Shown: positions 8,833 to 18,528 of the stretch, piece after piece | Numbering within the stretch: the first letter of the stretch is position 1 | Layout: every line of letters begins with the position of its first letter | Source: Alphaproteobacteria bacterium | GTDB taxonomy: Bacteria > Pseudomonadota > Alphaproteobacteria > RF32 > CAG-239 | Length of the DNA: 64,000 bases | Direction of reading: 5' to 3' | Assembly (NCBI GenBank): GCA_900769705.1 | Contig: CAAGHP010000016.1 | Location: forward strand, 13,210 to 77,209 | Translations under genes and position numbers: made by a program | The notes under the pieces: generated by a model | What the model was told of the DNA's origin: nothing | Seen by the model: only the letters and a program-made list of their open reading frames with translations | Databases searched by the model: none

Positions 8833-10856
8833 TGAAAACCCGCCCGATAAGCGCCGCGCAAATCACGTTCAGGCGTGTTTTGATTTTCGGCTTGATGATT
8901 TTAACGACAACGTTTTTGACTTTTAAATGGGCTGTTTCTATGCCGACTGACGCCAATATGTTTGCGCGCGTGGTTATGACTGTGTTGTTCGTGCTGACAA
9001 CCGGTTGGATTGCTTTGTTCTTTTGGGCAAGTATTTTCGGCTTTTTTGAACTGCTCGCCGGTAAGAATATGCCGGGGATTATTTGGCCTGAAAAGAAAAC
9101 GCCGCTTAAAACCAAAACCGCTGTCTTAATGCCGATATATAATGAGGAATGCGATATGGTTTATGCCCGTTTGCTGGCAATTGCCAATAGTTTGGTAAAA
9201 ACAGGGCAGGCGCAGGCTTATGATATGTTTGTGCTGAGCGATACTACAAATCCGAAAATTTGGGTAGAAGAAGAAAACGGCTGGATTAACACCAAAAAAC
9301 TGATGCCGAAAGAGATAAATCTGTATTACCGCCGCCGTCCGCTGAATGTGGCACGCAAAAGCGGCAATATTGCAGATTTCTGCCACAAATGGGGCGCACT
9401 CTATGACTATATGGTGGTGCTGGATGCCGATAGCTTGCTGGAAGGTAAAACCATTGTAGAAATGTCGCGTTTGATGGAAATCAATGTTGATACCGGCATT
9501 ATTCAGGCACCGCCGCAATGCATTAACAGCCATTCGCTGTTTGCCCGCGTGCAGCAATTTGCCGGCAAGGTTTACGGCAATATTGTTTCGGCAGGTTTGT
9601 GCTATTGGCAAGTACATGATAGCAACTATTGGGGACACAACGCCATTATCCGCGTCAAAGCTTTTATGGAATGCTGTGGGTTGCCGATTTTGAAAGGCCC
9701 AAAACCGTTCGGCGGTCATATTTTGAGCCATGATTTTGTGGAAGCAGCACTGATTCGTCGCGGCGGCTGGTATGCTTGGCTGCTGCCGGAATTGGGAGGA
9801 AGCTACGAAGAATGCCCGCCGACAATGATAGATTTTGCCACCCGCGACCGCCGCTGGTGCCAAGGCAATATTCAGCACTTGGAAATTTTGGTATCAAAGC
9901 ATATTCACCCAATCAGCCGCATTCATTTTACTATTGGCATTATGTCTTATCTGTCGTCGCCGCTGTGGTTTATCTTTTTGGTAGCCGGAATTTTAGTAGC
10001 GCTGGGGCATGTTTATTTTCCGCCTGAATATTTTCCTAACGAGCAGTCATTGTTTCCGAATTGGCCGATTTTTGATAAAATGGGAACAATCACGCTGTTT
10101 TTGATTTCTATGTTTATGCTTATTTTTCCTAAGTTTTTAGGTATGATTATTTATCTTAAAAATAACAAGTTCAAAAACATTGGCGGCTTTTTCGGTACCG
10201 TGAAAAGCGTGCTGGCCGAGATTGCTTTTTCAGCTTTGATTGCGCCGGTTATGATGGTTTTCCAAACTAAATTCGTCTGGGAGATTCTGACGGGGCAAGA
10301 TGTGGGCTGGAACACGCAGAGCCGCGATGGTTACACTACATGGAAAGAGGCTTTTGAACGCCATATCGGACACACTATTTTAGGTGTACTGACAACTTAT
10401 GTGGTATATACTCAGTTGCCGGCGCTGTTTTATTGGATGCTGCCGGTAACTTTGGGTTTGATGCTTTCCATTCCGCTTTCGGTGCTGTCTTCATACGAGG
10501 GATTGGGGCGCTTTGCCTTTAGGCATAACTGGTTTGTGATTCCTGAAGAAAAACATGCTCCGGAAATTACCTTAACTGTGCAAAAAGAAGCTCCTGTTTT
10601 GCAAAAACAAAGCAAAAAGCGCGGAGTTTTGGATGTGATAGAAGATAATTATCTGCTGCAAATTCATACGCTGATGCTGGAGGTCAACGGTCCGGCTCCC
10701 GATTTTGGCAAGTCGGTTTTAAATGAAGCGCGTATAAAGCTGGATAATTATTTGCATTACGGTAAGGAACCGGATTTCAGTCGCGAAGAAGAAATTGCCC
10801 TGTTGTACGAACCGGCAATTTTGGAAGAAGCCAGTTTGGAACTGAAATTAAAGTAA
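8829..10856 (+). CDS. opgH: glucans biosynthesis glucosyltransferase H (GT2, membrane)
   Basis: 675 aa; GT2 'DAD' and 'QxxRW'-type 'RDRRWCQGN'; multiple TM segments. Likely ATG at 8832. Confidence 0.8.
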   Translation: MMKTRPISAAQITFRRVLIFGLMILTTTFLTFKWAVSMPTDANMFARVVMTVLFVLTTGWIALFFWASIFGFFELLAGKNMPGIIWPEKKTPLKTKTAVLMPIYNEECDMVYARLLAIANSLVKTGQAQAYDMFVLSDTTNPKIWVEEENGWINTKKLMPKEINLYYRRRPLNVARKSGNIADFCHKWGALYDYMVVLDADSLLEGKTIVEMSRLMEINVDTGIIQAPPQCINSHSLFARVQQFAGKVYGNIVSAGLCYWQVHDSNYWGHNAIIRVKAFMECCGLPILKGPKPFGGHILSHDFVEAALIRRGGWYAWLLPELGGSYEECPPTMIDFATRDRRWCQGNIQHLEILVSKHIHPISRIHFTIGIMSYLSSPLWFIFLVAGILVALGHVYFPPEYFPNEQSLFPNWPIFDKMGTITLFLISMFMLIFPKFLGMIIYLKNNKFKNIGGFFGTVKSVLAEIAFSALIAPVMMVFQTKFVWEILTGQDVGWNTQSRDGYTTWKEAFERHIGHTILGVLTTYVVYTQLPALFYWMLPVTLGLMLSIPLSVLSSYEGLGRFAFRHNWFVIPEEKHAPEITLTVQKEAPVLQKQSKKRGVLDVIEDNYLLQIHTLMLEVNGPAPDFGKSVLNEARIKLDNYLHYGKEPDFSREEEIALLYEPAILEEASLELKLK

Positions 10857-10864
10857 AAAGAAAT

Positions 10865-10892
10865 AAGAGCCGGAGTTTTATTTCCGGCTCTT
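10865..10892. terminator. bidirectional intrinsic terminator hairpin between opgH and the maltokinase-like gene
   Basis: 'aagagccggag-tttta-tttccggctctt' perfect stem flanked by A/T runs on both sides. Confidence 0.55.
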
Positions 10893-10915
10893 ATGTTATA
10901 AAATTTTTACTGATT

Positions 10916-12433
10916 TCAGCGGCTTTTGCCTTTAGTGCGGGCTGCTTTATTTTCAGACTGAAGCATATCGGCCAAGCCGTTAATGGCAATATAGGCCATC
11001 TGCGGACGGTTGTTGACTTCATAGTTTACTTCATACAGATTTTTGCGCAGAACTTCAAGTCCGAGCCAGGCTTCTTTGAGACTGCGGCCGTTTAAGACCA
11101 AGCGTGAAGATTCATCTATCAGTGGTTTAATGGCTTTTTCGGCATAGCTGCGGCGGGATTTTGCACTGATTTCGTCAGAAGCTTCTGCCACAAATTCTTC
11201 TACGGCGGCGTTGCCCAGATATCCTTTAATTGAACGGTACATACCGGCTAAATCGCGGACAGAAACATGCTTTTGCGCACGTTCATCCAGCGGAGCTGCC
11301 GGTTCTCCGGCAAAATCTATAAAACGCAGGTCATTATCTTTTGTCACCATAACCTGTCCCAAGTGAAAGTCTCCGTGAACGCGAACCAAAGTGTCTTGAC
11401 TGTCGGCTGTACCGTTTATCAGTTTTTGCACATAGTCTTTAGAAAGTTTATCCCAATTCTGCAAAAGATGGGAGGCCTTTTCTTTGGTCGGTTCAGGCAG
11501 ATTTTCCAGATTATCGATGATGGCGGCTTTTGTTTTGGCAAACAAAAATTCCAAATGTTTTTGGTAGAGATGCACAAAACGTTTAGTAATAGGCTCCGGA
11601 GTAAAAGCAGGATTATTGTCGGGATGCGATAGACATTCCGACATTTCGGCAGTCTTTTTACCCAAAGTTTTCATCAATTGAATAAAATGCGGATTTTCAT
11701 CCGGCGTCAAATCTTTTTGCATCAAATAGCCGGCAGTCAGGCGCTTTTTCAGATAAGCCTGAGCATAATTCCACAAATCTCCCTGATTTTGCACATATTC
11801 CTGAATAATACCGGAAGAAGCCTGAGTGTTGTTTTCTGGATTATGCAAAACCAAGTAGCCATAGGTTTTCGGCATAACCGAACATTCTTCTCGCATCAAT
11901 TTTTCGTTCATCTCAAATTCGGGATTTTCTTTTTTAGAAAACTGCAGCATGCGTTCCAGTTTGAAAGCAATTTCATTGTCGCCGACAGCCAACGTGGTGT
12001 TGCTTTGCTGAACGTCGAGCGGATGGGAGGCAGAGCTGCGGTGCTGTTTCATAAATTCTGGAGGCACTAAGCTTTTATATTCCAGTTTCCAACCGTTCGG
12101 AAAGGTTACGCTGTTGTTGTTTTGGCGGAAAAATTCATTCATTTTTTGCCAGTAATCCGAGCACTGCAGGGCGTCAATATACGGTTTGCCATCAATCATT
12201 ATCACATCAGATTTATCTTTCTGTGCTTTGGCAACCGGCATCATAAAATAGCGTATAGGATCTTCATTATGTGGCGAAAGTGTAACTTTGCCTATAGTCA
12301 GCATTTTATCGCCTTTGTCAAACGGCAGAGACATAAAACTGAGGTTTTCTATTTTGTTCAGGCGAATTTCTTCTTTAAAATTGCACCAACGCTGACGGAA
12401 AAGGTAATCCGCTGTATTTTTATCCGGTACCAT
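10916..12433 (-). CDS. maltokinase (Mak/Pep2)-like sugar kinase, APH/ELK fold
   Basis: 'VHGDFHLGQVMV...FIDFAGEPAAPLDER' matches the maltokinase catalytic loop/DFE motif. Start reassigned to the ATG at 12433, preceded by RBS 'GGAGAA'. The upstream part of the track ORF is spurious. Confidence 0.55.
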   Translation of the reverse strand: MVPDKNTADYLFRQRWCNFKEEIRLNKIENLSFMSLPFDKGDKMLTIGKVTLSPHNEDPIRYFMMPVAKAQKDKSDVIMIDGKPYIDALQCSDYWQKMNEFFRQNNNSVTFPNGWKLEYKSLVPPEFMKQHRSSASHPLDVQQSNTTLAVGDNEIAFKLERMLQFSKKENPEFEMNEKLMREECSVMPKTYGYLVLHNPENNTQASSGIIQEYVQNQGDLWNYAQAYLKKRLTAGYLMQKDLTPDENPHFIQLMKTLGKKTAEMSECLSHPDNNPAFTPEPITKRFVHLYQKHLEFLFAKTKAAIIDNLENLPEPTKEKASHLLQNWDKLSKDYVQKLINGTADSQDTLVRVHGDFHLGQVMVTKDNDLRFIDFAGEPAAPLDERAQKHVSVRDLAGMYRSIKGYLGNAAVEEFVAEASDEISAKSRRSYAEKAIKPLIDESSRLVLNGRSLKEAWLGLEVLRKNLYEVNYEVNNRPQMAYIAINGLADMLQSENKAARTKGKSR

Positions 12434-12540
12434 ACTGTTCTCCTTTTTTATGGAATGCCGATAATATAGCACATAAAATAGGGGTTGTAAAGTAGCTATT
12501 TTCTTGTTAGGATAACAGCAATTTATAAGGAGAATGAATA

Positions 12541-14685
12541 ATGCAAAAGCTGCAAGAATTGGCCGAACTCGCCGGAATATCGTCATCATACGTGGATAAA
12601 ACCGGAAAAACTCATTACACGACAGACGAAGTCCGCCGCTTTTTTTTGAAAAATATGGGGTATGCCGCCGATACGGAGGAGGAGATAGAAAACTCTTTGC
12701 AGGTTTTGAAAAAACAACGTTTGCTGCCACCGGTTATGTCTTTTTATGAAAATGAAAAAATTGAATTTTATATAAACGGCGAGGGAGAATATGAGCTTTT
12801 GCTGAAAGATGAAGTTCAAAACACTGTGCAAACTCAAAAGGTATTAGGCGGGCAAAAAATCCGACTCGGCGGCTTAAAATTTGGATATTATACAGTGCTG
12901 GTGCAAGCCGGAAATCTGCAATGCGGAAGTTTTCTGATATATGCGCCGCAAAAGTGTTGGCAGCCTGAGTTTTTACAAAAGCATGAACATATTTACGGCA
13001 CGGCGGTAATGCTATATGCTTTGCATTCTGAACACAGCATGGGAATCGGAGACTTCGGCGATTTGACGGAAATTGTAAAGCTGACTGCGCAAAACGGCGG
13101 CGATGTCGTAGGTATAAATCCGCTTGGGGTAATGAGCCCGTTTACGCAGAATGAAGAACGTTTTGCCACAGGCAGACAAAGCGATGTTTCGCCGTACCGC
13201 ACGTTAAGCCGTTTGTTTGTAAATTATATCTATCTGGATTTGCCTGCAGAAGAAGATTTTAAAAATTCCGCTTTGGTGCAGGCGTATATGAATTTGCCTG
13301 AAACCAAAGAAAAACTTGCCAGATTAAAGGCTGGTAATAAAGTGGAATACGCCGCAGTTTTGCTGCTGAAAAAACAAATTTTGGAAATGATGTTTCAGCA
13401 CTTTGAAAGCATTGCTTCGGCCGAGCGAAAGAAAAAGTTTGCGGCATATATTCAGGAAAAAGGTGCTGAATTAGAAAATTTAGCGATATTTGAAACATTG
13501 CTGGAAAAACAAGAGCCGGCAGACTATTGGCGTTTTTGGCCTGAAGCCTATAAAAATGCAAAGTCGCCGGAAATAAATATGTTCAAGCACGAACAGCAGG
13601 CAAAAATCAAATTTTATCAATATTGCCATTGGCTGGCCGATAAACAAATCAAACAGGTGCAGAAATTGGCCGTGACTTTGAAAATGAAACTGGGGCTTTA
13701 TACTGATATGCCGATTGGCGCAGCCTCTAACGGCGCTGAGGTTTGGGAAAATTCGGATGTTTATGTTTTGGATGCCGGTATCGGCGCTCCGGCCGATCCA
13801 ATGCGTCCGCGCGGGCAAAGTTGGGGGTTTACGCCGTATCATCCGCAGCGGTTAGAGGCTCAGCATTATGCGCCGTTTATTAAATTGGTGCAGGAAAATA
13901 TGCAGTATTCGGGCGCTCTCCGTATTGATCACGCCATGGGGCTGCGCCGGTTGTTCTGGGGCTTTTTTACAAAAGATAATCCGGTAGTGCAGGGGGCGTA
14001 TGTCTATTACAATATCAAAGATTTAGTGGCAATTTTGTGCTTGGAAAGCAATCGTCGCCGCTGCTTGGTTATCGGCGAAGATTTAGGCACGGTTCCTGAA
14101 GGTTTCAGAGAATATATGGCTGAGCATAATCTGCTGTCGTATAAGGTATTTTGCCGCCAAAAAGAAAAAAACGGAAGCTTTATTGCACCGGAAAAATATA
14201 TGTATTTATCGCTGGCTCAGCCTTCTACTCACGACCAAGCAACAGCCTGCGGTTTTTGGAAAAACGAGGATATAGAAGTGTTTAACCGCAGCGGACTGTA
14301 TGTAAACCATATGCAATATCTGGATAATTTGGAAGGTCGCCGCAGCGATAGAGAAAATATGCTGAAAGCCTTTGAGCAGCAGCGTCTTATAAGCGTGGAC
14401 GAGCAGCGGCAAATGCAGCAAAGCGCGGTCAGCGGTACTCCGGCGCCGGAACATATTCAGCTACGGATAAATGAATATTGCGCCAGCACCAACAGCGCAG
14501 TGTTTTTGGTGCGTCTGAATGATATATACCGGCAGCAAGCTTTGGATAATGCTCCGGGGACGGTGCAGGAATATCCAAACTGGCGTATAAAAATGAGTGT
14601 TTCAATAGAACAAATAAAACAATCAAAAGAGTTTGCGGAGATGATGAGGCTGATTAAGACTAACCGTCCGCATAAAGGAGAATAA
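12541..14685 (+). CDS. malQ: 4-alpha-glucanotransferase (amylomaltase, GH77)
   Basis: 714 aa; MalQ-type N-terminal domain plus GH77 core; divergent from the maltokinase-like gene. Confidence 0.75.
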   Translation: MQKLQELAELAGISSSYVDKTGKTHYTTDEVRRFFLKNMGYAADTEEEIENSLQVLKKQRLLPPVMSFYENEKIEFYINGEGEYELLLKDEVQNTVQTQKVLGGQKIRLGGLKFGYYTVLVQAGNLQCGSFLIYAPQKCWQPEFLQKHEHIYGTAVMLYALHSEHSMGIGDFGDLTEIVKLTAQNGGDVVGINPLGVMSPFTQNEERFATGRQSDVSPYRTLSRLFVNYIYLDLPAEEDFKNSALVQAYMNLPETKEKLARLKAGNKVEYAAVLLLKKQILEMMFQHFESIASAERKKKFAAYIQEKGAELENLAIFETLLEKQEPADYWRFWPEAYKNAKSPEINMFKHEQQAKIKFYQYCHWLADKQIKQVQKLAVTLKMKLGLYTDMPIGAASNGAEVWENSDVYVLDAGIGAPADPMRPRGQSWGFTPYHPQRLEAQHYAPFIKLVQENMQYSGALRIDHAMGLRRLFWGFFTKDNPVVQGAYVYYNIKDLVAILCLESNRRRCLVIGEDLGTVPEGFREYMAEHNLLSYKVFCRQKEKNGSFIAPEKYMYLSLAQPSTHDQATACGFWKNEDIEVFNRSGLYVNHMQYLDNLEGRRSDRENMLKAFEQQRLISVDEQRQMQQSAVSGTPAPEHIQLRINEYCASTNSAVFLVRLNDIYRQQALDNAPGTVQEYPNWRIKMSVSIEQIKQSKEFAEMMRLIKTNRPHKGE

Positions 14686-14687
14686 AT

Positions 14688-15032
14688 ATGGAAAAGCCTG
14701 AAACAGAATTAGAAGTATTTTCGGCTTTGTCGCTGCTGGAATATGTGCGACTGATGACGGCGGCGCACTATATCAATATGGGGACCGATTCCGGTGCGGC
14801 GCGTTTTGTTATTTCGCCTGAAGATTTTGCCAAAATGGAGGCTGAGCCGCTGCAAACGCCGCTAATTGGGTTATCGTTGAATTATAAATCTGATGAAAAA
14901 ATTTTAGAAGTGACGGCTGATGAAGCTTTTTTGCATTTATATGAAAATAAAATTATGAACGAAGTGGCGCGGGTGTTTGCCATAAACTATAAAAACCGCT
15001 ATGCTTCAAGAATTATGGCTGAAAATGTATGA
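14688..15032 (+). CDS. hypothetical protein
   Basis: 114 aa; good RBS 'AAAGGAGAA' upstream; no recognisable domain. Confidence 0.35.
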   Translation: MEKPETELEVFSALSLLEYVRLMTAAHYINMGTDSGAARFVISPEDFAKMEAEPLQTPLIGLSLNYKSDEKILEVTADEAFLHLYENKIMNEVARVFAINYKNRYASRIMAENV

Positions 15033-15402
15033 AGAACTTTTTGCCGCATTAGCTAAATCAAAATTCCGCAGTCGATTTCATTTGAAAGGCAAAGACTTGG
15101 AATATGCCAAAGAAAAAGGTTGCGGAGTTTTGTGCCGACATGCCGCAGATTTTGTGCGTAAACGCTTAGCGGCTCCTGCAAGTTTGATGAAAAATGACGG
15201 TAAACAAACCCCAATGCACGGACATCCGGTGTTTGTGGCGCAGCACGCTTGTGCCTGCTGCTGCCGACAGTGTCTGTATAAATGGCACCGCATAGAGCCG
15301 AATCATTGGCTGAGCGAGGCTGAACAAGTTTACATCACGGACGTTTTAATGAAGTGGATTGAAAAAGAGCTGGAAAACACAAAACAGCCGCCTTATTGCT
15401 AA
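15001..15402 (+). CDS. DUF4186-like Cys-rich protein
   Basis: 'GKQTPMHGHPVFVAQHACACCCRQCLYKWHRI' resembles the DUF4186 family. True start may be an internal Met (~15025). Confidence 0.4.
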   Translation: MLQELWLKMYEELFAALAKSKFRSRFHLKGKDLEYAKEKGCGVLCRHAADFVRKRLAAPASLMKNDGKQTPMHGHPVFVAQHACACCCRQCLYKWHRIEPNHWLSEAEQVYITDVLMKWIEKELENTKQPPYC

Positions 15403-15420
15403 GACGGCTGTTTAATTTTA

Positions 15421-17265
15421 TTATTCTTCTTTTGAAATTTGTTCATAAAGCTGTTCAAGTGCTGAAAGATGTTCAGCCCCAAGAGTTAAGCCTTTTTGCC
15501 AAAAATCAGATTTTGAAGCGTCTACGCCGAAATGCGCCAAGGCTTCGCGGTAATTTTCCACACCGCCGTTGCGCAGCATTTGCATATATTTTTCCGCAAA
15601 GTTATCAACTGTTCCTTTTTGGTAAATTTCATACAGCGTATTGACTACGCAGCAAGCAAAGCAATAGGAATAGACGTAGAACGGATATTGGAAAAAGTGC
15701 AAAATTCCTGCCCACATTGGTGCTAAATTAGAAATGTCAACGCTTTCACCTAAATAGCCTTTCATTGAGCTTAGCCACAATTTTTCGAGCTTGACGGTAG
15801 AAATTTCTCCATTCAGGCGTTTTGCGGCGGCACAGCTTTCAAAGCAGTGAAAAGCAATCTGTCGATAAGCCGTGGAAATCATATCTTCAAGATGTTCTGC
15901 CAGCAGACAAAAACGCTCTTTAGGCGTTTTAGCCTTTTTCAGCAGCAAATTGAAAACCAGCTGTTCGGCAAAAATAGAAGCGGTTTCAGCTTGAGCGCAG
16001 GCTTTTCTGCGTCCGAGTTCACCTTGCTGTTTGCTGAGATATTCATGCACGGCATGTCCAAGCTCATGCGCCATGGTAATAACGCTGCCGGTAGAACCGG
16101 TAAAGTTCAAAAATACCATCGGCATGGCATCTCCGGCCATTTCCATGCAATAAGCGCCGCTGTCTTTGCCTTTGTAAGGACAGTAGTCTATCAAATCCTC
16201 ATCAAAGAATCGCTGAGCAATACTTGCAAATTCCGGCGAAAAAGCGTTAAACGCTTCCAATACCAAATCCTTGGCTTGTTCAATGGTGTAGGTTTCCTCT
16301 TTTACATCGGCAGAAAACGGATACGGGGCATTTCTATCCCAGTAAGAAATTTGCTGAACACCGAAAGCTTTTGCTTTCAGTGTATAGTAACGCTGCGGAA
16401 CAGTGTTGTTGCTGAGCACGGTGTTGACTAAATTATCCAAATCTTCGTTCTCAATGTTGTTTTCCAGCACTGATGGTTCTTCCGGATAGCTGTAGTTGTG
16501 CCACTGAGTGTCAATCTGTTGGCAGCGCAGCAAAGCGTTATAAATCAAAGCAAAGGTCGGGCGTTTTTTTGCATACTCTTTAGACAGAGCCTTGCCGGCT
16601 TCTTTGCGGAGTTTTGCATCGCCTGAGCTCATCAGCGCTAAAGCGTCGCCTTCGGAAAGCCTCTGGCCTTTGATTTTGAATGTCATCGCCGCACGGGTTT
16701 CATCATAAAGACGAATCCAATACTGATTGACGCTGTTTTCTTCTTCAAACAGCTGCTGAATTTTAGCGTCAACAGTGTGTTTTTTGAAGCGGCGCAGCTG
16801 TTTCAGCCAAACAAAAGTACCGGTCGGCAAAACCGACTTTAACTCGTCGAGATTGATATTTTCTCCGGTTTTGAGCCAGTTTACAAAAAATACCAGCTGC
16901 TTGTCAAATAAACTTATCTGGTCGCAAACGTTTTGATAAAACGTTGAAACAGAATTGTTGTTCAAATTTGTAGAATGCAGCAAATAGGCATAATCGTTGA
17001 CTCGTCCGGCGCCAATCAGCAGTTCGATATAGCGTTTCAGTACTATGTCAATAGCTGCAGCTGACAATGAAGCTAAACGATACTCATAAAAAACTTTAAA
17101 GTCTTTTACTTGATGCATTACTTCAGCCAGAGCCTTTTTTGCTTCGGCCTTTGAAGTGAAAACCACATTTAAATTCCAATTAACATTCATAATGATAAAA
17201 TTTAAAAATAAAACATAAAAAAATTCTTTAAGCATAAAAATATCGTATTTTTTGTCTAAAGTCAA
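15421..17265 (-). CDS. pepF: oligoendopeptidase F (M3 family zinc metallopeptidase)
   Basis: HEXXH zinc motif 'HELGHAVH'; ~600 aa, M3B architecture. Confidence 0.7.
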   Translation of the reverse strand: MTLDKKYDIFMLKEFFYVLFLNFIIMNVNWNLNVVFTSKAEAKKALAEVMHQVKDFKVFYEYRLASLSAAAIDIVLKRYIELLIGAGRVNDYAYLLHSTNLNNNSVSTFYQNVCDQISLFDKQLVFFVNWLKTGENINLDELKSVLPTGTFVWLKQLRRFKKHTVDAKIQQLFEEENSVNQYWIRLYDETRAAMTFKIKGQRLSEGDALALMSSGDAKLRKEAGKALSKEYAKKRPTFALIYNALLRCQQIDTQWHNYSYPEEPSVLENNIENEDLDNLVNTVLSNNTVPQRYYTLKAKAFGVQQISYWDRNAPYPFSADVKEETYTIEQAKDLVLEAFNAFSPEFASIAQRFFDEDLIDYCPYKGKDSGAYCMEMAGDAMPMVFLNFTGSTGSVITMAHELGHAVHEYLSKQQGELGRRKACAQAETASIFAEQLVFNLLLKKAKTPKERFCLLAEHLEDMISTAYRQIAFHCFESCAAAKRLNGEISTVKLEKLWLSSMKGYLGESVDISNLAPMWAGILHFFQYPFYVYSYCFACCVVNTLYEIYQKGTVDNFAEKYMQMLRNGGVENYREALAHFGVDASKSDFWQKGLTLGAEHLSALEQLYEQISKEE

Positions 17266-17317
17266 GCTTTATAAACAAAAAAAATCGCCTTAATTTTTAA
17301 GACGATTTTTTTTACAT

Positions 17318-18052
17318 TTATTTAGCAAAAGATAAAGCATTTTTGATAAAAGCTTCGCATTTTTGCAAATCCAGATGTCCGTTTGAGCCTTTTAATTTGC
17401 CTTCGGCGTCTATATAAATAGCGCGTTTAGACTTAACTACAAACGACAGTTTCTTTAGCTGCTCTGCAACATTATCAGCCGACAAACCGCCTGAATAGCC
17501 TTGCAGGCAATCTTTGAAAACCGGAGCCTGTTGCTGTTGCGGTAAAATACCTTCGCCGTGTGAGCTGTCATACAAGCAGTCAAACTTAATGCTTTTGTTG
17601 TATATTTTTTTTACAAAAACAGCATTGCTATTATTATAAGGCAAAATAATCGGGCGCGGCGCATGGTCAGTCATTGCCTGACAGAAACGACCAAAATCAA
17701 TACGATAATCATTACCTATCAAAAAATTGATTTGCAGGCGATTTACCAGCCAGCCTTTGCGACCGTTGTTAAGACTTAGAAAATAATCCAGCTCAGGAAT
17801 CATTGCCCGACTAGCAAACTGCTGCACCCAATTACCGTTTACATGCAAAGCTATGTTAGGGGTAAGTTTTTGTGCGGCAACTTTTTCTTGCAGAGCCAAA
17901 ATCCAGTCAAAACGAGCAGGATTTTCCGTAACTTTTTTGTCTGATACCTGAATACCTATTTCCATCATAGGGTATTCTTTCGCCAATGCCAACAAATCAT
18001 CAATGTTTGTATGTTCATTGGCGCCTGAACAAGTGATATACTTTAAAACCAT
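17318..18052 (-). CDS. hypothetical protein (possible TIM-barrel; TrpF-like 'GGL..NV' C-terminal motif)
   Basis: 244 aa; 'YSGGLSADNVAEQL' is reminiscent of PRAI-like barrels but the family assignment is not secure. Confidence 0.3.
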   Translation of the reverse strand: MVLKYITCSGANEHTNIDDLLALAKEYPMMEIGIQVSDKKVTENPARFDWILALQEKVAAQKLTPNIALHVNGNWVQQFASRAMIPELDYFLSLNNGRKGWLVNRLQINFLIGNDYRIDFGRFCQAMTDHAPRPIILPYNNSNAVFVKKIYNKSIKFDCLYDSSHGEGILPQQQQAPVFKDCLQGYSGGLSADNVAEQLKKLSFVVKSKRAIYIDAEGKLKGSNGHLDLQKCEAFIKNALSFAK

Positions 18053-18318
18053 AATTATAAAAATTTAAACAAAATTATACAAAATACGATTTTGAATATA
18101 GCTATTTTACGCAATTAGTCAAGTAATATTCCCTATCAGATAGAAATAATTATCCTGAAATCTGTTTTTAAAGCAGATTACATAATAACGGCGGCAATAG
18201 CTCTCAATCATAATAAATTAAGCAAATAACCGGCTTTGTAACTTAGACTAAAGCAAAAATATCTTTACAAAAAATCTTTTTCCGAATACTATCATTTTGA
18301 AAATGCAATAGCATTTTT

Positions 18319-18497
18319 GGGCGTGAGAACCCTTTTAGACCTAGTCGCCAAGCATAAGCGACTTTAAATTGCTATATGCCGATTTCTGCATTGTGCGGAT
18401 GTCGGCTAAATAAGGCTATGAGCTGAATAAGCCGAGCCGTTTAGGTCTATACGGTTTCTCAACATCCGCCCGCTTTTTAACAGCGGGTTTTGTTTTT
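18319..18497 (+). promoter_or_regulatory. conserved structured 5' leader element, copy A, ending in an intrinsic-terminator hairpin directly upstream of the prepilin-like gene
   Basis: 179 nt. Shares the blocks 'tatgccgatttc', 'ggatgtcggctaaataaggcta', 'gctgaataagccgagccgttt' and 'aacatccgcccgct..agcgggttttgttttt' with the copies at 40918-41097 and 52933-53112. The terminator stem is cccgct/agcggg plus a U-run. Confidence 0.45.
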
Positions 18498-18528
18498 ATG
18501 TATAACAAATTAAACGGAGTTAATAAAT

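Noticed and set aside
18319-18497. The ~180-nt conserved element as an IS/MITE or a stand-alone sRNA gene
   Set aside because: It has no terminal inverted repeats or target-site duplications. It is always oriented with, and ends 22-32 nt before, a member of one gene family, and it has no promoter-proximal conservation of its own. A cis-acting leader is the more parsimonious reading, although a trans-acting sRNA is not excluded.
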